DNA from: a bacterium | Lineage (GTDB): Bacteria; Zhuqueibacterota; Zhuqueibacteria; Residuimicrobiales; Krinioviventaceae | DNA length: 64,000 nt | Assembly (NCBI GenBank): GCA_963675755.2 | Contig: CAXXMD010000003.1 | Coordinates: 3,296,001 to 3,360,000 of the forward strand | Direction of reading: 5' to 3' | In this document: positions 38,103-48,024 of the stretch, piece by piece | Layout of the letters: each line of letters begins with the position of its first letter | Position numbering within the stretch: the stretch's first letter is position 1 | Notes under the pieces: generated by a model | The model's input: only the letters and a program-made list of their open reading frames with translations | Told to the model about the DNA's origin: nothing | Databases searched by the model: none | Translations under genes and position numbers: made by a program

Positions 38103-39932
38103 ATGTTTATGAAAAAGTATAATGGGATTTGGATTGTACTAGTTTTAATTTTTATCAGTATTTCTTACAGTTATTCTGCAACAATCACGGTTGTGTATCC
38201 TCGGGAAGGGACCACATTGAGTGCTGCCCCGAACGATTCCATGTTTGTTTTCGGACGGGTAACACCTTTTACCGCGTCTTTAACCATTAATGATGAGAAT
38301 GTTGACGTTTATGAGAATGGTACATTTCTGGCATATGTACCTGTAACTGAAGGTGAGTTTGTATTCCATTGTGCTGTAGTAGCCGGGAGTGACAGCAGCT
38401 TTGTTGACCGTCATGTAACTGTTCGTCCTGTTGCAAAAACTGTGGATTCTGATTCTTTGCTGATACTGCAAAATACATTATCGCCATCTGTTGATTATGA
38501 ACTAATGGCGGGAGATTTGTACCGGGTTTCTTTTCAGGGCTTGCCCGGTTGTAAGGCGTATTTCGAGATCGATGGCATAACCGGTCCCGTTCCCATGCAG
38601 GAATTGCCGCCAGAACAGGATACCTATTGGGGAGAAGTGATTTTTGGCGAGGCAAAACAAACGTCTCAAATACCTGTAAAAGGCAGATACGCAGGCAGTT
38701 ATCTGATCCAATCCGGTGATTATGGTTATATGCGTCCGACGAACGTTTATCTTGTTGATGATAATGGAGACACACTGAGTGCAACATTGCCGGGTAAATT
38801 GTCGATTATGGACAGCCGGTTTCCCTACATGGTAGAGACGGTGGAACGTGAAAATGTTTTACGCACCGCTCAGGGATGCGGTTATTACTATTTCGTTCCT
38901 CAGGGAGTAAAACTGTGGATTACAGGTAGAAAAGGAGAATATCTAAGAGCACGATTATCTAATGTGGAAGAGGCCTGGGTGCCCCGTTATTTTACACGCC
39001 CCTTGCCGCAGGGCACTGTTCCACCGCAGACTATAGTTCATATTGTCCGTACCCAGCTCTTTCCCGATAAAAGCCGGGTGCGCGTCTTTACAGGTACACG
39101 TTTGCCGTATCGAATAGAGCAGGATCCCAAATCACGTACAATTACCATATTCATGTATGGAGTATTGTCTGATACGGATTGGATCCGCCAGGAGTTTGGA
39201 GATTCTAATATTCGTGATATTCGCTGGAGTCAGGATGCGCCGGGCAGTTATCGGTTGATCATAGAGCTGGCACATCAACATCAGTGGGGTTATAATGCAG
39301 GTTACGATGAGCAGGACCATTTTTATATAGACATCAAACGACCACCCGCGATAGAATCCGGCTGGTTGACATCACCGTTAAAAAATAGATTTATCGCGCT
39401 TGATCCCGGTCATGGCCCGGATCTGGGTGCTGTTGGGCCGACCGGTTACGCTGAAAAAGATGCCAATCTTGCCCTGGCTGAAGAACTGGGACGCCAATTG
39501 CAGGATAAAGGTGCACATGTCTTTTTTACCCGTGAAGGCAATGAAGGTATTTCTTTACGAGGGAGAAAACGCATGGTAGAGGTGCTGGCACCGGATGTAA
39601 TGTTGAGCCTGCACCATAATGCAATTCCTGATGGTGTAAATCCATATAAAAGTCGGGGAACCAGTACATATTATTATCAACCGCAGAGTTATGATCTTGC
39701 GGTATTGGTACAGAAACATCTGTTAAATGAATTGAAATTGAATAACTTTGGATTGTTTTATGATAATCTTGCCATGTGCAGACCCACACAAATGCCGTCA
39801 ATATTGATTGAACCTGCATTTATGATGCATCCGGAAGAAGAGATGATGATATTATCTAAAGACTATCGGAAAAAATGTGCAAAGGCGATTGTAAAAGCAC
39901 TGGAAGAATTTTTTGAAACAACACGAGAATAA
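38103..39932 (+). CDS. N-acetylmuramoyl-L-alanine amidase (Amidase_3) with long N-terminal region
   Basis: ALDPGHG, EKDANL, SLHHNA, LIEPAF; signal peptide. Confidence 0.9.
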   Translation: MFMKKYNGIWIVLVLIFISISYSYSATITVVYPREGTTLSAAPNDSMFVFGRVTPFTASLTINDENVDVYENGTFLAYVPVTEGEFVFHCAVVAGSDSSFVDRHVTVRPVAKTVDSDSLLILQNTLSPSVDYELMAGDLYRVSFQGLPGCKAYFEIDGITGPVPMQELPPEQDTYWGEVIFGEAKQTSQIPVKGRYAGSYLIQSGDYGYMRPTNVYLVDDNGDTLSATLPGKLSIMDSRFPYMVETVERENVLRTAQGCGYYYFVPQGVKLWITGRKGEYLRARLSNVEEAWVPRYFTRPLPQGTVPPQTIVHIVRTQLFPDKSRVRVFTGTRLPYRIEQDPKSRTITIFMYGVLSDTDWIRQEFGDSNIRDIRWSQDAPGSYRLIIELAHQHQWGYNAGYDEQDHFYIDIKRPPAIESGWLTSPLKNRFIALDPGHGPDLGAVGPTGYAEKDANLALAEELGRQLQDKGAHVFFTREGNEGISLRGRKRMVEVLAPDVMLSLHHNAIPDGVNPYKSRGTSTYYYQPQSYDLAVLVQKHLLNELKLNNFGLFYDNLAMCRPTQMPSILIEPAFMMHPEEEMMILSKDYRKKCAKAIVKALEEFFETTRE

Positions 39933-39943
39933 ACGGAGGATAT

Positions 39944-40438
39944 TTGGATTTTAAGGTGTGTCCGCTTTGCGGATCAACATTGCATAAAACCTTCACTGAA
40001 GGTCGCGACCGTATGGTGTGTGACCAATGTGGATATATACAGTACCAGAATCCGTTACCCGCTTCTGCAGTTATTGTAATTGAAGACGGTGCAATACTGA
40101 TGGTGAAACGAAAATTTGAACCCCAGGCAGGAAAGTGGGGACTACCCGCAGGTTTTGTTGAACTGGATGAAACGCCGGAACAGGCAGCAGTAAGAGAGAC
40201 ACATGAAGAAACCGGTATCAATGTAAAAATAAAAAGATTGTTAAAAGTTACCGGTACCTGTGAAGGTCACAAGAGTAATATTGTATTAATTATTTATATC
40301 GCGGAAAAAATTGATGGTGTTTTAGCAGCCGGAGATGATGCTGAAGAGGCCGCATTTTTCCCAATTCATGATCTGCCTGAAAATATTGCCTTCTCGAGTC
40401 ATAAACAGGCAATACTGGAATATATTAATCACCGATAA
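39944..40438 (+). CDS. NUDIX hydrolase with N-terminal zinc ribbon
   Basis: CPLCG/CDQCG and Nudix box GFVELDETPEQAAVRETHEETG; TTG start after GGAG. Confidence 0.9.
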   Translation: MDFKVCPLCGSTLHKTFTEGRDRMVCDQCGYIQYQNPLPASAVIVIEDGAILMVKRKFEPQAGKWGLPAGFVELDETPEQAAVRETHEETGINVKIKRLLKVTGTCEGHKSNIVLIIYIAEKIDGVLAAGDDAEEAAFFPIHDLPENIAFSSHKQAILEYINHR

Positions 40439-40521
40439 TTTGCTCCTTGTGAAATTCTTTTATTTTATCAGGGGTTATTAATATTATGAAAGCTATGAGA
40501 TTTTGACAAAAGGACTGAGAA

Positions 40522-41010
40522 ATGGACAAGGTTTTGCAAAATTCTCTGTTAACCAGAGGATTTTCGGACGCGGAGTTGAATGATTTATTAACGGTTGCAA
40601 ATGAGCAGACTTTTTATAAAAACCAGTTAATCTTTAAAGAAAATGATCCTGCGGATAGTCTATTTATCCTGATTTCTGGCAAGGTATTTATTGAACGTCA
40701 ATTATCACACCCCAATATGCCGATTTCGAAACAGGTGATGACTGTAAAAAAGGGCCAGATATTTGGAGAAATGGGACTTGTTGAGGATGTAACACGAACC
40801 GCCACAGCACGTGCAGCAAGTCAGATTCGGACAATTGTTTTAGAATATCAGGCGTTAAGAACATTATTTGAATGTGATAACAAGCTGGGATATCGGTTTA
40901 TGAATAATTTGGCCGTTATTTTGGGAACCCGTCTAAGGAACATGAACAAACAATGGAACAATTCAAATATACGAACACATAATTCTTTTGAATTTGAATA
41001 TTACGGTTGA
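40522..41010 (+). CDS. Stand-alone cyclic-nucleotide-binding domain protein
   Basis: IFKENDPADSLFIL.SG, IFGEMGL, RTATARA; no HTH. Confidence 0.85.
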   Translation: MDKVLQNSLLTRGFSDAELNDLLTVANEQTFYKNQLIFKENDPADSLFILISGKVFIERQLSHPNMPISKQVMTVKKGQIFGEMGLVEDVTRTATARAASQIRTIVLEYQALRTLFECDNKLGYRFMNNLAVILGTRLRNMNKQWNNSNIRTHNSFEFEYYG

Positions 41011-41050
41011 TCCATAATACCTTATTCCTGCTTTGTAATAAAGAGGAGTA

Positions 41051-41785
41051 ATGATTATGCGGATCTTTTACATTTTACCAGTTTTATTTTGTATGCACTG
41101 GAGCGCTTGTATGGATACCAATAATCAGCAAAATCGATCCATTGGGGATGAATATTCCATCAAACGCCTGCAAATGGTTGAACAGCAGATCAAAAGCCGG
41201 GGAATTCAAGATCCCCGGGTATTGCGTGCAATGATGCATGTGCCTCGCCATCGCTTTGTAATTGAGCAGAGTCTCCCCCATGCTTATGCCGATACACCAT
41301 TAACCATTGGTTATGAACAGACCATATCTCAACCTTATATTGTAGCGTATATGACAGAGGCTCTCGAGTTAACCGGGGTGGAAAAGGTTCTTGAGGTCGG
41401 TACTGGCTCAGGATACCAGGCAGCGGTTTTGTGTGAACTTGCAGAAAATGTTTTCAGTATAGAGATTGTTGAACCTCTTTGCTTAAAGGCAAAGCAGATA
41501 CTCGAGTCAGAAGGGTATACCAACTTTCACGGTCGATGTGGAGATGGTTATGCAGGATGGCCTGAAGAAGCTCCTTTTGATGCAATCATTGTAACTGCAG
41601 CCCCTCCATACATTCCCAAACCTTTATTGGAACAGCTCAAGCCTGGCGGTCGTATGATCATCCCCGTTGGTAATACTTTTCAAAAGCTGGTGAGGATTAT
41701 CAGAAAAGCGGATGGCTCTTTTGATCGTCAAGACCTCATACCTGTAAGGTTTGTCCCCATGACAGGTCGCATTGACAGTATGTGA
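41051..41785 (+). CDS. pcm: Protein-L-isoaspartate O-methyltransferase
   Basis: VPRHRFV, QTISQPY, VLEVGTGSGY, PFDAIIVTAA, VRFVPM. Confidence 0.95.
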   Translation: MIMRIFYILPVLFCMHWSACMDTNNQQNRSIGDEYSIKRLQMVEQQIKSRGIQDPRVLRAMMHVPRHRFVIEQSLPHAYADTPLTIGYEQTISQPYIVAYMTEALELTGVEKVLEVGTGSGYQAAVLCELAENVFSIEIVEPLCLKAKQILESEGYTNFHGRCGDGYAGWPEEAPFDAIIVTAAPPYIPKPLLEQLKPGGRMIIPVGNTFQKLVRIIRKADGSFDRQDLIPVRFVPMTGRIDSM

Positions 41786-41858
41786 TTTTTCAACTTTTGA
41801 AACATTTGCTTGTTTATCTCCGTATTTCAAAGAAAGGTTTGAGATTAAGGAGAGTAAA

Positions 41859-42548
41859 ATGGCAGAACAAAAAAGATTGTACCGTTCAGGTAAAGATCAC
41901 ATCCTGGGTGGCGTTTGTGCCGGATTAGCCGAGTATTTAAATATTGATGCAGTACTGGTGCGGGTTTTATGGCTTGTCTCGGTAATGTTTAACGGGATAG
42001 GTTTACTCGCCTATTTATTATGTTTGTTCTTTATCCCCATGAACCCGGAACATGCTGCATTACCCGAATCTGAAAGAAAAAAGAGCGGACAAACAGGATT
42101 GTTTGTGGGCATTGCTTTTGTGGTATTTGGTTTTATGTTTCTATTTTTCAATATTGCGGGACATCATTTTTTCTGGTTTGACTGGTGCTGGTTTGGTTTC
42201 TGGCCTTTTCGGTGGAATTATATTTGGCCATTGTTTATTATTGGTTTTGGTGTTTGGTACATTATTTATTCTCTGCGAAAAGACAAGGAACAAAATGGAG
42301 AGAATCAAACCATTTTGGGCACAATGCGGTTTTATCGTAAAAAAGAGAATCGGATGATCTCGGGTGTATGCAGCGGATTGGCTGAATATTGGAACATTGA
42401 TGTCACCCTTGTAAGAATTGGTCTGGTTGTTTTGACATTGGTTACTCATGTTTTTATGGGTATTGCCCTGTATGTTGCATTGGTGTTTATTATACCTGAA
42501 AAAGAACAACTCCAGTCTAATATGAATGTTAGCCAGGATCCATCCTGA
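41859..42548 (+). CDS. Membrane protein with two PspC domains
   Basis: LYRS....LGGVCAGLAEY and FYR....ISGVCSGLAEY separated by a WP-containing TM pair; AAGGAG RBS. Confidence 0.85.
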   Translation: MAEQKRLYRSGKDHILGGVCAGLAEYLNIDAVLVRVLWLVSVMFNGIGLLAYLLCLFFIPMNPEHAALPESERKKSGQTGLFVGIAFVVFGFMFLFFNIAGHHFFWFDWCWFGFWPFRWNYIWPLFIIGFGVWYIIYSLRKDKEQNGENQTILGTMRFYRKKENRMISGVCSGLAEYWNIDVTLVRIGLVVLTLVTHVFMGIALYVALVFIIPEKEQLQSNMNVSQDPS

Positions 42549-42562
42549 TGTGAGGAGGAAAT

Positions 42563-43069
42563 TTGATGAATGGAAAAATATCTTCTGTCTTGATTGGGGC
42601 TATGTTTATTGTATTTGGTGCAATTATTCTTTTGAATAAAATGGATGTATTCAATTTTAGCTGGGATGAAGGAGTTCCGCTTTTTTTGATTGCTCTAAGT
42701 GTATTGTCTTTTATCAGTGTTTTTCAGGGAAACAAGGGGAATGCGTTCTGGGGGACGGTTTTAGGATTGTTGGGGGTGTTTTTTTTCTTGCGAAATTACG
42801 GAATAATTGGTTACTTTTGGTTTGATGAAATATGGCCGGTTATTCTCATTGCGCTGGGTTTGGGATTTATAGTGACCTTTTTCTTTAATCCCAGAGACTG
42901 GGGTGTTTTGATTCCAGGTGGGATTTTAACATTTTTAGGTACCGTGTTTCTTATGGAAACCCTGCATGTATCACATCACACCCGCAAACTGGTGCATGAA
43001 TTCTGGCCGCTTATTCTTGTATTAATTGGAATAGGTCTCATCAGTAATTCTATTTCAAAAAAAAAGTAA
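42563..43069 (+). CDS. LiaF/LiaI-like (DUF5668-type) membrane protein
   Basis: Repeated TM hairpins ending WP.ILI..G. Confidence 0.7.
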   Translation: MMNGKISSVLIGAMFIVFGAIILLNKMDVFNFSWDEGVPLFLIALSVLSFISVFQGNKGNAFWGTVLGLLGVFFFLRNYGIIGYFWFDEIWPVILIALGLGFIVTFFFNPRDWGVLIPGGILTFLGTVFLMETLHVSHHTRKLVHEFWPLILVLIGIGLISNSISKKK

Positions 43070-43096
43070 ATACAAACCAATCCGGCGGGAGTGTGC

Positions 43097-44212
43097 ATGG
43101 ACGCGGTAATTCAGTTTATTAACGAATACTTTTCATTGTTTGGACTCAGGGGGACTAATCTTGTTCTGGGGCTTTTAATTCTTATCTTTTTCCTATTATT
43201 ACGCAAAGCCTTTGGCGCCTGGGCGCTGCATAGCCTTAGAAAGTGGACTAAAAAAACAGAAACCACCATTGATGATGCTCTGCTGGAAATTTTAAATCCT
43301 CCGTTAAGCTTTTTAATATTATTGATAGGCATTTGGGTAGCCCGTGTCGTTATAAATTTCCCGGAGCGGATTGATGCTACACTGGTTAATTGGATCCATC
43401 TGGGTTTTGTGGTTGTACTCTGTTGGTTGATTTATCGCAGTGCTGATGTTTTTACTGATTTTCTTGAAAAATTTGTAAGACGGACTGAAACTGAACTGGA
43501 TGATATACTGGTCCCTTATTTGAACAAGGTAGTCAAAGTTGTAGCTATACTGATGGTAATTTTGAAATTTGCCGAAGTTGTACTGGGCATGAGTGCTGCA
43601 GCACTTTTGGGTTTGCTTGGTGGTATGGGACTGACTTTGGGATTGGTTTTCAAAGATATTATTGCAAACTGGTTCGGTTGCGGAGTGATTTATATTGATA
43701 ATTTGTTTCGTGAAGGGGATTGGGTGCAGCTCGATTCCGGTAATATTGTAGATGCGGATGTGGAAGAAATTGGTTTGCGCAGTACCCGTTTCCGTAATTT
43801 TGATAAAACCGTATCCATTGTTCCCAATGCTACAATAGCCAATGCAGTTGTTAAAAACTGGTCACGTATGTATAAACGCAGGGTGAAATTTAACCTGACT
43901 ATTGATGGTATTGATTCACAGGTTGTTGAGAAAATACTGGAAGGCATTCGCAATATTCTGGTCCATGATGAAGGCGTGCAACAGGAATTCCATATGGTAA
44001 ACTTTCGTGAATTTGATGGTAATTCACGGGTGATAAGACTTTATTATTTTACTACAACCACAGTATGGAAAGAACATGAACAGGTACGTGAAAATGTCAA
44101 TATGAAGATCCTGAAATTATTTGAGGAAAATGGTATAGACAAGCTGGCTTATACAATTGTAGACTTGTCAGACGACCGTCCCCGTGATTTTGAAAAGCGT
44201 ATAGAATCCTGA
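43097..44212 (+). CDS. Small-conductance mechanosensitive channel (MscS family)
   Basis: Five-TM N-terminus, F.EGDWV, VEEIGLRSTR, VPNA.I, KNWSR. Confidence 0.92.
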   Translation: MDAVIQFINEYFSLFGLRGTNLVLGLLILIFFLLLRKAFGAWALHSLRKWTKKTETTIDDALLEILNPPLSFLILLIGIWVARVVINFPERIDATLVNWIHLGFVVVLCWLIYRSADVFTDFLEKFVRRTETELDDILVPYLNKVVKVVAILMVILKFAEVVLGMSAAALLGLLGGMGLTLGLVFKDIIANWFGCGVIYIDNLFREGDWVQLDSGNIVDADVEEIGLRSTRFRNFDKTVSIVPNATIANAVVKNWSRMYKRRVKFNLTIDGIDSQVVEKILEGIRNILVHDEGVQQEFHMVNFREFDGNSRVIRLYYFTTTTVWKEHEQVRENVNMKILKLFEENGIDKLAYTIVDLSDDRPRDFEKRIES

Positions 44213-44223
44213 TTTTATTTATC

Positions 44224-44298
44224 AAGGCGTTTTATTTACACCATTGTGATTTTGTTTAAAAAAAGGTACATTGGTGTAAATGAAACGTCTTTTTTTTT
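44224..44298 (+). terminator. Long-stem terminator containing a putative sigma70 promoter
   Basis: About 25-bp imperfect inverted repeat plus T-tract; TTGTGA (44244)-N17-TACATT (44267) inside. Confidence 0.65.
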
Positions 44299-44313
44299 AT
44301 ACCAGAGGAAATT

Positions 44314-45303
44314 ATGAAAGTATTATTTATTGGCGGTACCGGAGTAATCAGTTCGGCTTGTGCGTCACTTGCAGTTGAGCAGGGTTTGGAATTGTTTTTG
44401 TTGAATCGTGGTGTTACCTCGCGTCCAGTTCCTGATGGCGCTGTTCAATTGATTGGAGATATTCGTAATCCTGAACAAGTGAAAGCAGTGATCAAAGATT
44501 ACAAATTTGATGCGGTTGTGGATTGGATCGCTTTTGGTCCTGAGCATATACAAGCCGATATTGAATTGTTTAGCGGAAAAACGGACCAGTTTGTATTCAT
44601 TAGCTCTGCTTCTGTATACCAAACACCACCATCAAAGCTGCCTGTTACAGAAGATACACCACTTGATAATCCATTCTGGCAGTATTCGCAGGATAAAATT
44701 GCCTGTGAGGAATTGTTGATGAGCGAATATAAAAAGTCCGGGTTCCCCATCACAATAGTTAGACCTTCTCATACTTATGATAAAACTATGCTGCCGAATC
44801 GCGGCAAGTATACGGATATTGACCGGATGCTCAAGGGTAAACCGGTTGTATTGCAAGGTGATGGAACATCTATCTGGACGCTTACACATCATAAAGATTT
44901 TGCTGTGGGCTTTAATGGATTATTGGGTAATTCAAAAGCTATTGGTGAAGCGTATCATATAACTTCTGACGAATGGCTGACCTGGAACCAGATTATGCAT
45001 ATACTTGCTGAAACGGTCAATGCCAAAGCAGATATTGTTCATATTCCTTCAGATTTGCTTGCAGCATACTTTCCGGATATGGGTCCGGGACTGTTGGGCG
45101 ATAAATCTCACAGTATGATTTTTGATAACAGCAAAATTAGAGAACTGGTTCCCGCTTTTAATCCCAGGATATCGTTTCGTGAGGGTGCCAGGGAGATTAT
45201 TCAATGGTTTAACGAGGATTCTGCAAGACGTGCGTTAAACCAGGACTATAATGAAAAAATGGACCGGCTGATTAGTATTTACCAATCGATCTGGCCGAAG
45301 TGA
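44314..45303 (+). CDS. NAD-dependent epimerase/dehydratase family (atypical SDR)
   Basis: GGTGVIS, FISSASVY, YxxxK (YSQDK), RPSHTY. Confidence 0.9.
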   Translation: MKVLFIGGTGVISSACASLAVEQGLELFLLNRGVTSRPVPDGAVQLIGDIRNPEQVKAVIKDYKFDAVVDWIAFGPEHIQADIELFSGKTDQFVFISSASVYQTPPSKLPVTEDTPLDNPFWQYSQDKIACEELLMSEYKKSGFPITIVRPSHTYDKTMLPNRGKYTDIDRMLKGKPVVLQGDGTSIWTLTHHKDFAVGFNGLLGNSKAIGEAYHITSDEWLTWNQIMHILAETVNAKADIVHIPSDLLAAYFPDMGPGLLGDKSHSMIFDNSKIRELVPAFNPRISFREGAREIIQWFNEDSARRALNQDYNEKMDRLISIYQSIWPK

Positions 45304-45314
45304 GGAGTAAATAA

Positions 45315-46148
45315 ATGAGTGCAACACCATTAACAGATTTTAGCAGATTATGTATACATACCATAACCACAAAACCCTGGTCAATAGAAACCGCTATTGA
45401 TAAATACGCAGCTGCCGGTGTAAAAGGTATTACGGTTTGGCGTCAGTGGCTTGAGGGAAGAGACTATGCCAAAGTTGGAAAACAGATAAGAGATTCCGGA
45501 TTAACAGCAGTATCGTTATGCCGTGGTGGATTTTTCCCTTCAACTGAAGCTTCCGCAAGGCAGGCCGCTATTGACGAAAATCGCAGAGCAATTGATGAAG
45601 CGGCAGCAATTGGTGCCCCCTTGGTGGTGCTGGTTTGTGGCGCAGAGCCCAAACAATCGTTAACGGAATCCCGGAAAAACATAACAGACGGTATTGCAGC
45701 CGTGTTGGACCACGCCAAAGCCAATAATGTCAAGCTGGGTATTGAACCTCTACATCCCATGTATGCGGATACACGTTCTGCTGTCAATACCCTGAAGCAG
45801 GCAAATGATATGTGTGACGAGTTGGACCATTCTCATGTTGGAGTCGCTGTAGATGTTTATCATCTGTGGTGGGACCCTGATCTGCAGCAGCAAATTAAAC
45901 GCTGTGGTAAAGATGGAAATTTACTGGCATTTCATATCTGTGATTGGCATTACCCGCCTGAAGATATGCTGAATGATCGTGGCTTGATGGGAGAAGGATG
46001 TATTAATGTTAGAGAAATTCGCGGATGGGTAGAAGAAACCGGATTTAATGGGTTTATTGAAGTAGAAGTTTTTTCAAATCGTTGGTGGGCGCAAGATCAG
46101 GATATGTTTTTGGCAGAAATTCAGAGAGCTTATTTGGAATGTTCCTGA
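45315..46148 (+). CDS. Sugar phosphate isomerase/epimerase (TIM barrel)
   Basis: IEPLHP, DVYH, FHICDW, DRGLMGEG, EVEVFS. Confidence 0.9.
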   Translation: MSATPLTDFSRLCIHTITTKPWSIETAIDKYAAAGVKGITVWRQWLEGRDYAKVGKQIRDSGLTAVSLCRGGFFPSTEASARQAAIDENRRAIDEAAAIGAPLVVLVCGAEPKQSLTESRKNITDGIAAVLDHAKANNVKLGIEPLHPMYADTRSAVNTLKQANDMCDELDHSHVGVAVDVYHLWWDPDLQQQIKRCGKDGNLLAFHICDWHYPPEDMLNDRGLMGEGCINVREIRGWVEETGFNGFIEVEVFSNRWWAQDQDMFLAEIQRAYLECS

Positions 46149-46174
46149 TGGATTTATTTAGATTCTGATATAAT

Positions 46175-46214
46175 AAAGCCTGCTGTGGAAAAAAAGAATT
46201 TCACAGCAGGCTTT
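46175..46214. terminator. Bidirectional terminator between convergent genes
   Basis: AAAGCCTGCTGTGGAA...TTTCACAGCAGGCTTT. Confidence 0.8.
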
Positions 46215-46229
46215 TGCTTTATATAGCCA

Positions 46230-47810
46230 CTAGTTGTTCAATAACGCATTAAGGCCTAGCATGGATCTGCTGGTAAAGATGGCACAATTTAACCATCCGG
46301 ATTCTGAACGGCGATTAGTATATTCGAGATATGTAGGATATTGTCCTGTTTCAGCGTTTTGGAATGCAACAATTGAATTTGCCATTGATTTGGCTTTTTC
46401 AAGATACAGAGGCTCTTTGGTAACCTCGTACATTTTTTGATATGTAATAAGCAGCTTTGCCACACTGGCATCTATGGGCACATAATAATGATATTGTTCA
46501 AGCGCACAAGGGGTATGCCATACTTCAACGGGACGTGTATTGTACCGGGTTTGGGGCATGGGTTTTTCCCAAACCACAAACTGGTCTTCGGCAAATCGTG
46601 TAATTTCTCTGGCAATTTTCAGGTATTCGGGGTTTTCAGGGTCACGATCCATTAAATAGATAGCAAATGAGCATGGCAAATGTTTACTGAGATTTTTATA
46701 CAATTGAGATGGGGGTACATCTTCAAATTGTCCTTCCCAGTTGAATGTTTTTACCGGGTTTTCCATAATCCAGTTAAACGCGCGTTCAAGACTGCTATGG
46801 TATTTGTCAACACCGTACTGACGTTCAAGACGGTCAAAAAACTGGATCATGTCAACCGGTATACAAAAGTTGGGAGTAACCGGTTTTCCATTGGCCAGCA
46901 TTTTCAAGTTCCAGGTGCCTTCGGGTAACTGTAATTTTACCAAAGTATCTGCAATGCGTAGCGCTGCGTCGAGATATTTTTTATTCTGGTTCATGTCATA
47001 CAGGTCGAGATAATCCATTGCAGCTTCGGCAGGATATATCAGCATAAATTGACCTTTGTATTCTTTTGATGTATGATAATCCCATCGATAGGTCGGGGGG
47101 AAATAAGCGAGCGGCGAGCTGGCGGGTTCACTGATATCGATCAGATAATCTGCAGCTTTTTCTGCAATAAGCAGGGCGTCTTTTGAATGTTCTGGTACCA
47201 GCGAAGCATAAAGGGACATGCCTGAAACTACTGCACCAATAATCTTTGCAGGGTATGTATATAAATCGTACCCGGCAGTATCCGGCAGCCCGGTTGTTTT
47301 CCAGTTTTGTATATAGGTTTGATTGTAAATAAAGTCCAGTGCTTTTGTTGCACTCTCTTTGTATGTTATGGAAGGTTCATGATATCCACCTCTGTACACA
47401 GCAGCACGATAAAAAGATCGCTCACCGGCAATACCCAGAGAATTTCCTTTATTGTCAAGCGCTGTTACCGTTAATTGGACTGTACCCACAGGCAGGTTTT
47501 CCCATATTGGAGATAGCAGGGCCCAGGGAGAGTCAGCCGCAAACTTGTACTCTGTGCTGTCTGATGCCATAGCAGAATATTGATAGGATAATGCATTTTC
47601 AATTTTTTTAAAGTTGAATGAAGGTACATAAATAAAACGTTGGGCATTGACGTTCCAGAATTGTGTTTCGGGTGGATTCCCCGGTCTGATGGGGACCATG
47701 GAATCCTCAATGGCCATTTTTTGAATTTCTGCAATATCAGGGTAATTATTGGTATTACAGGCAATATTTAACAAAATTACAACAAACAGCAAATGTTTAA
47801 GAGATGACAT
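46230..47810 (-). CDS. Lipoprotein with a probable (alpha/alpha) toroid fold, function unknown
   Basis: Lipobox NIAC; repeated helical hairpins (LY......KYLDAA..IAD.L, Y..T.EP.YLEKA). Confidence 0.65.
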   Translation of the reverse strand: MSSLKHLLFVVILLNIACNTNNYPDIAEIQKMAIEDSMVPIRPGNPPETQFWNVNAQRFIYVPSFNFKKIENALSYQYSAMASDSTEYKFAADSPWALLSPIWENLPVGTVQLTVTALDNKGNSLGIAGERSFYRAAVYRGGYHEPSITYKESATKALDFIYNQTYIQNWKTTGLPDTAGYDLYTYPAKIIGAVVSGMSLYASLVPEHSKDALLIAEKAADYLIDISEPASSPLAYFPPTYRWDYHTSKEYKGQFMLIYPAEAAMDYLDLYDMNQNKKYLDAALRIADTLVKLQLPEGTWNLKMLANGKPVTPNFCIPVDMIQFFDRLERQYGVDKYHSSLERAFNWIMENPVKTFNWEGQFEDVPPSQLYKNLSKHLPCSFAIYLMDRDPENPEYLKIAREITRFAEDQFVVWEKPMPQTRYNTRPVEVWHTPCALEQYHYYVPIDASVAKLLITYQKMYEVTKEPLYLEKAKSMANSIVAFQNAETGQYPTYLEYTNRRSESGWLNCAIFTSRSMLGLNALLNN

Positions 47811-47965
47811 GTTTAAATTTTCCTTTTAACTGGTAGATATTAACAGGGTAGATTATAGATTTGTACCGATGCGTTTTTGATGAATTGGTTGGTGTTACTG
47901 ACCCCGGATGTAATAAATCTGACTGCTAAATATTTATACCGGATAAATACATTTGCATCTGGAAC

Positions 47966-47999
47966 ATCTCATTCCCCCTGTAATTGGGGGGAATGAGAT
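47966..47999. terminator. Strong hairpin downstream of the DUF1080 gene, possible terminator
   Basis: ATCTCATTCCCCC...GGGGGAATGAGAT; no clear U-tract on the - strand. Confidence 0.45.
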
Positions 48000-48024
48000 T
48001 TGAATTTAGAAATGAAATGTAAAA

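Noticed and set aside
46148-46230. Complete switch of coding strand as a possible replication terminus
   Set aside because: The + strand still looks G-rich after the switch (hand count 62101-62220: 36 G vs 24 C, a small sample) and I saw no dif-like site.
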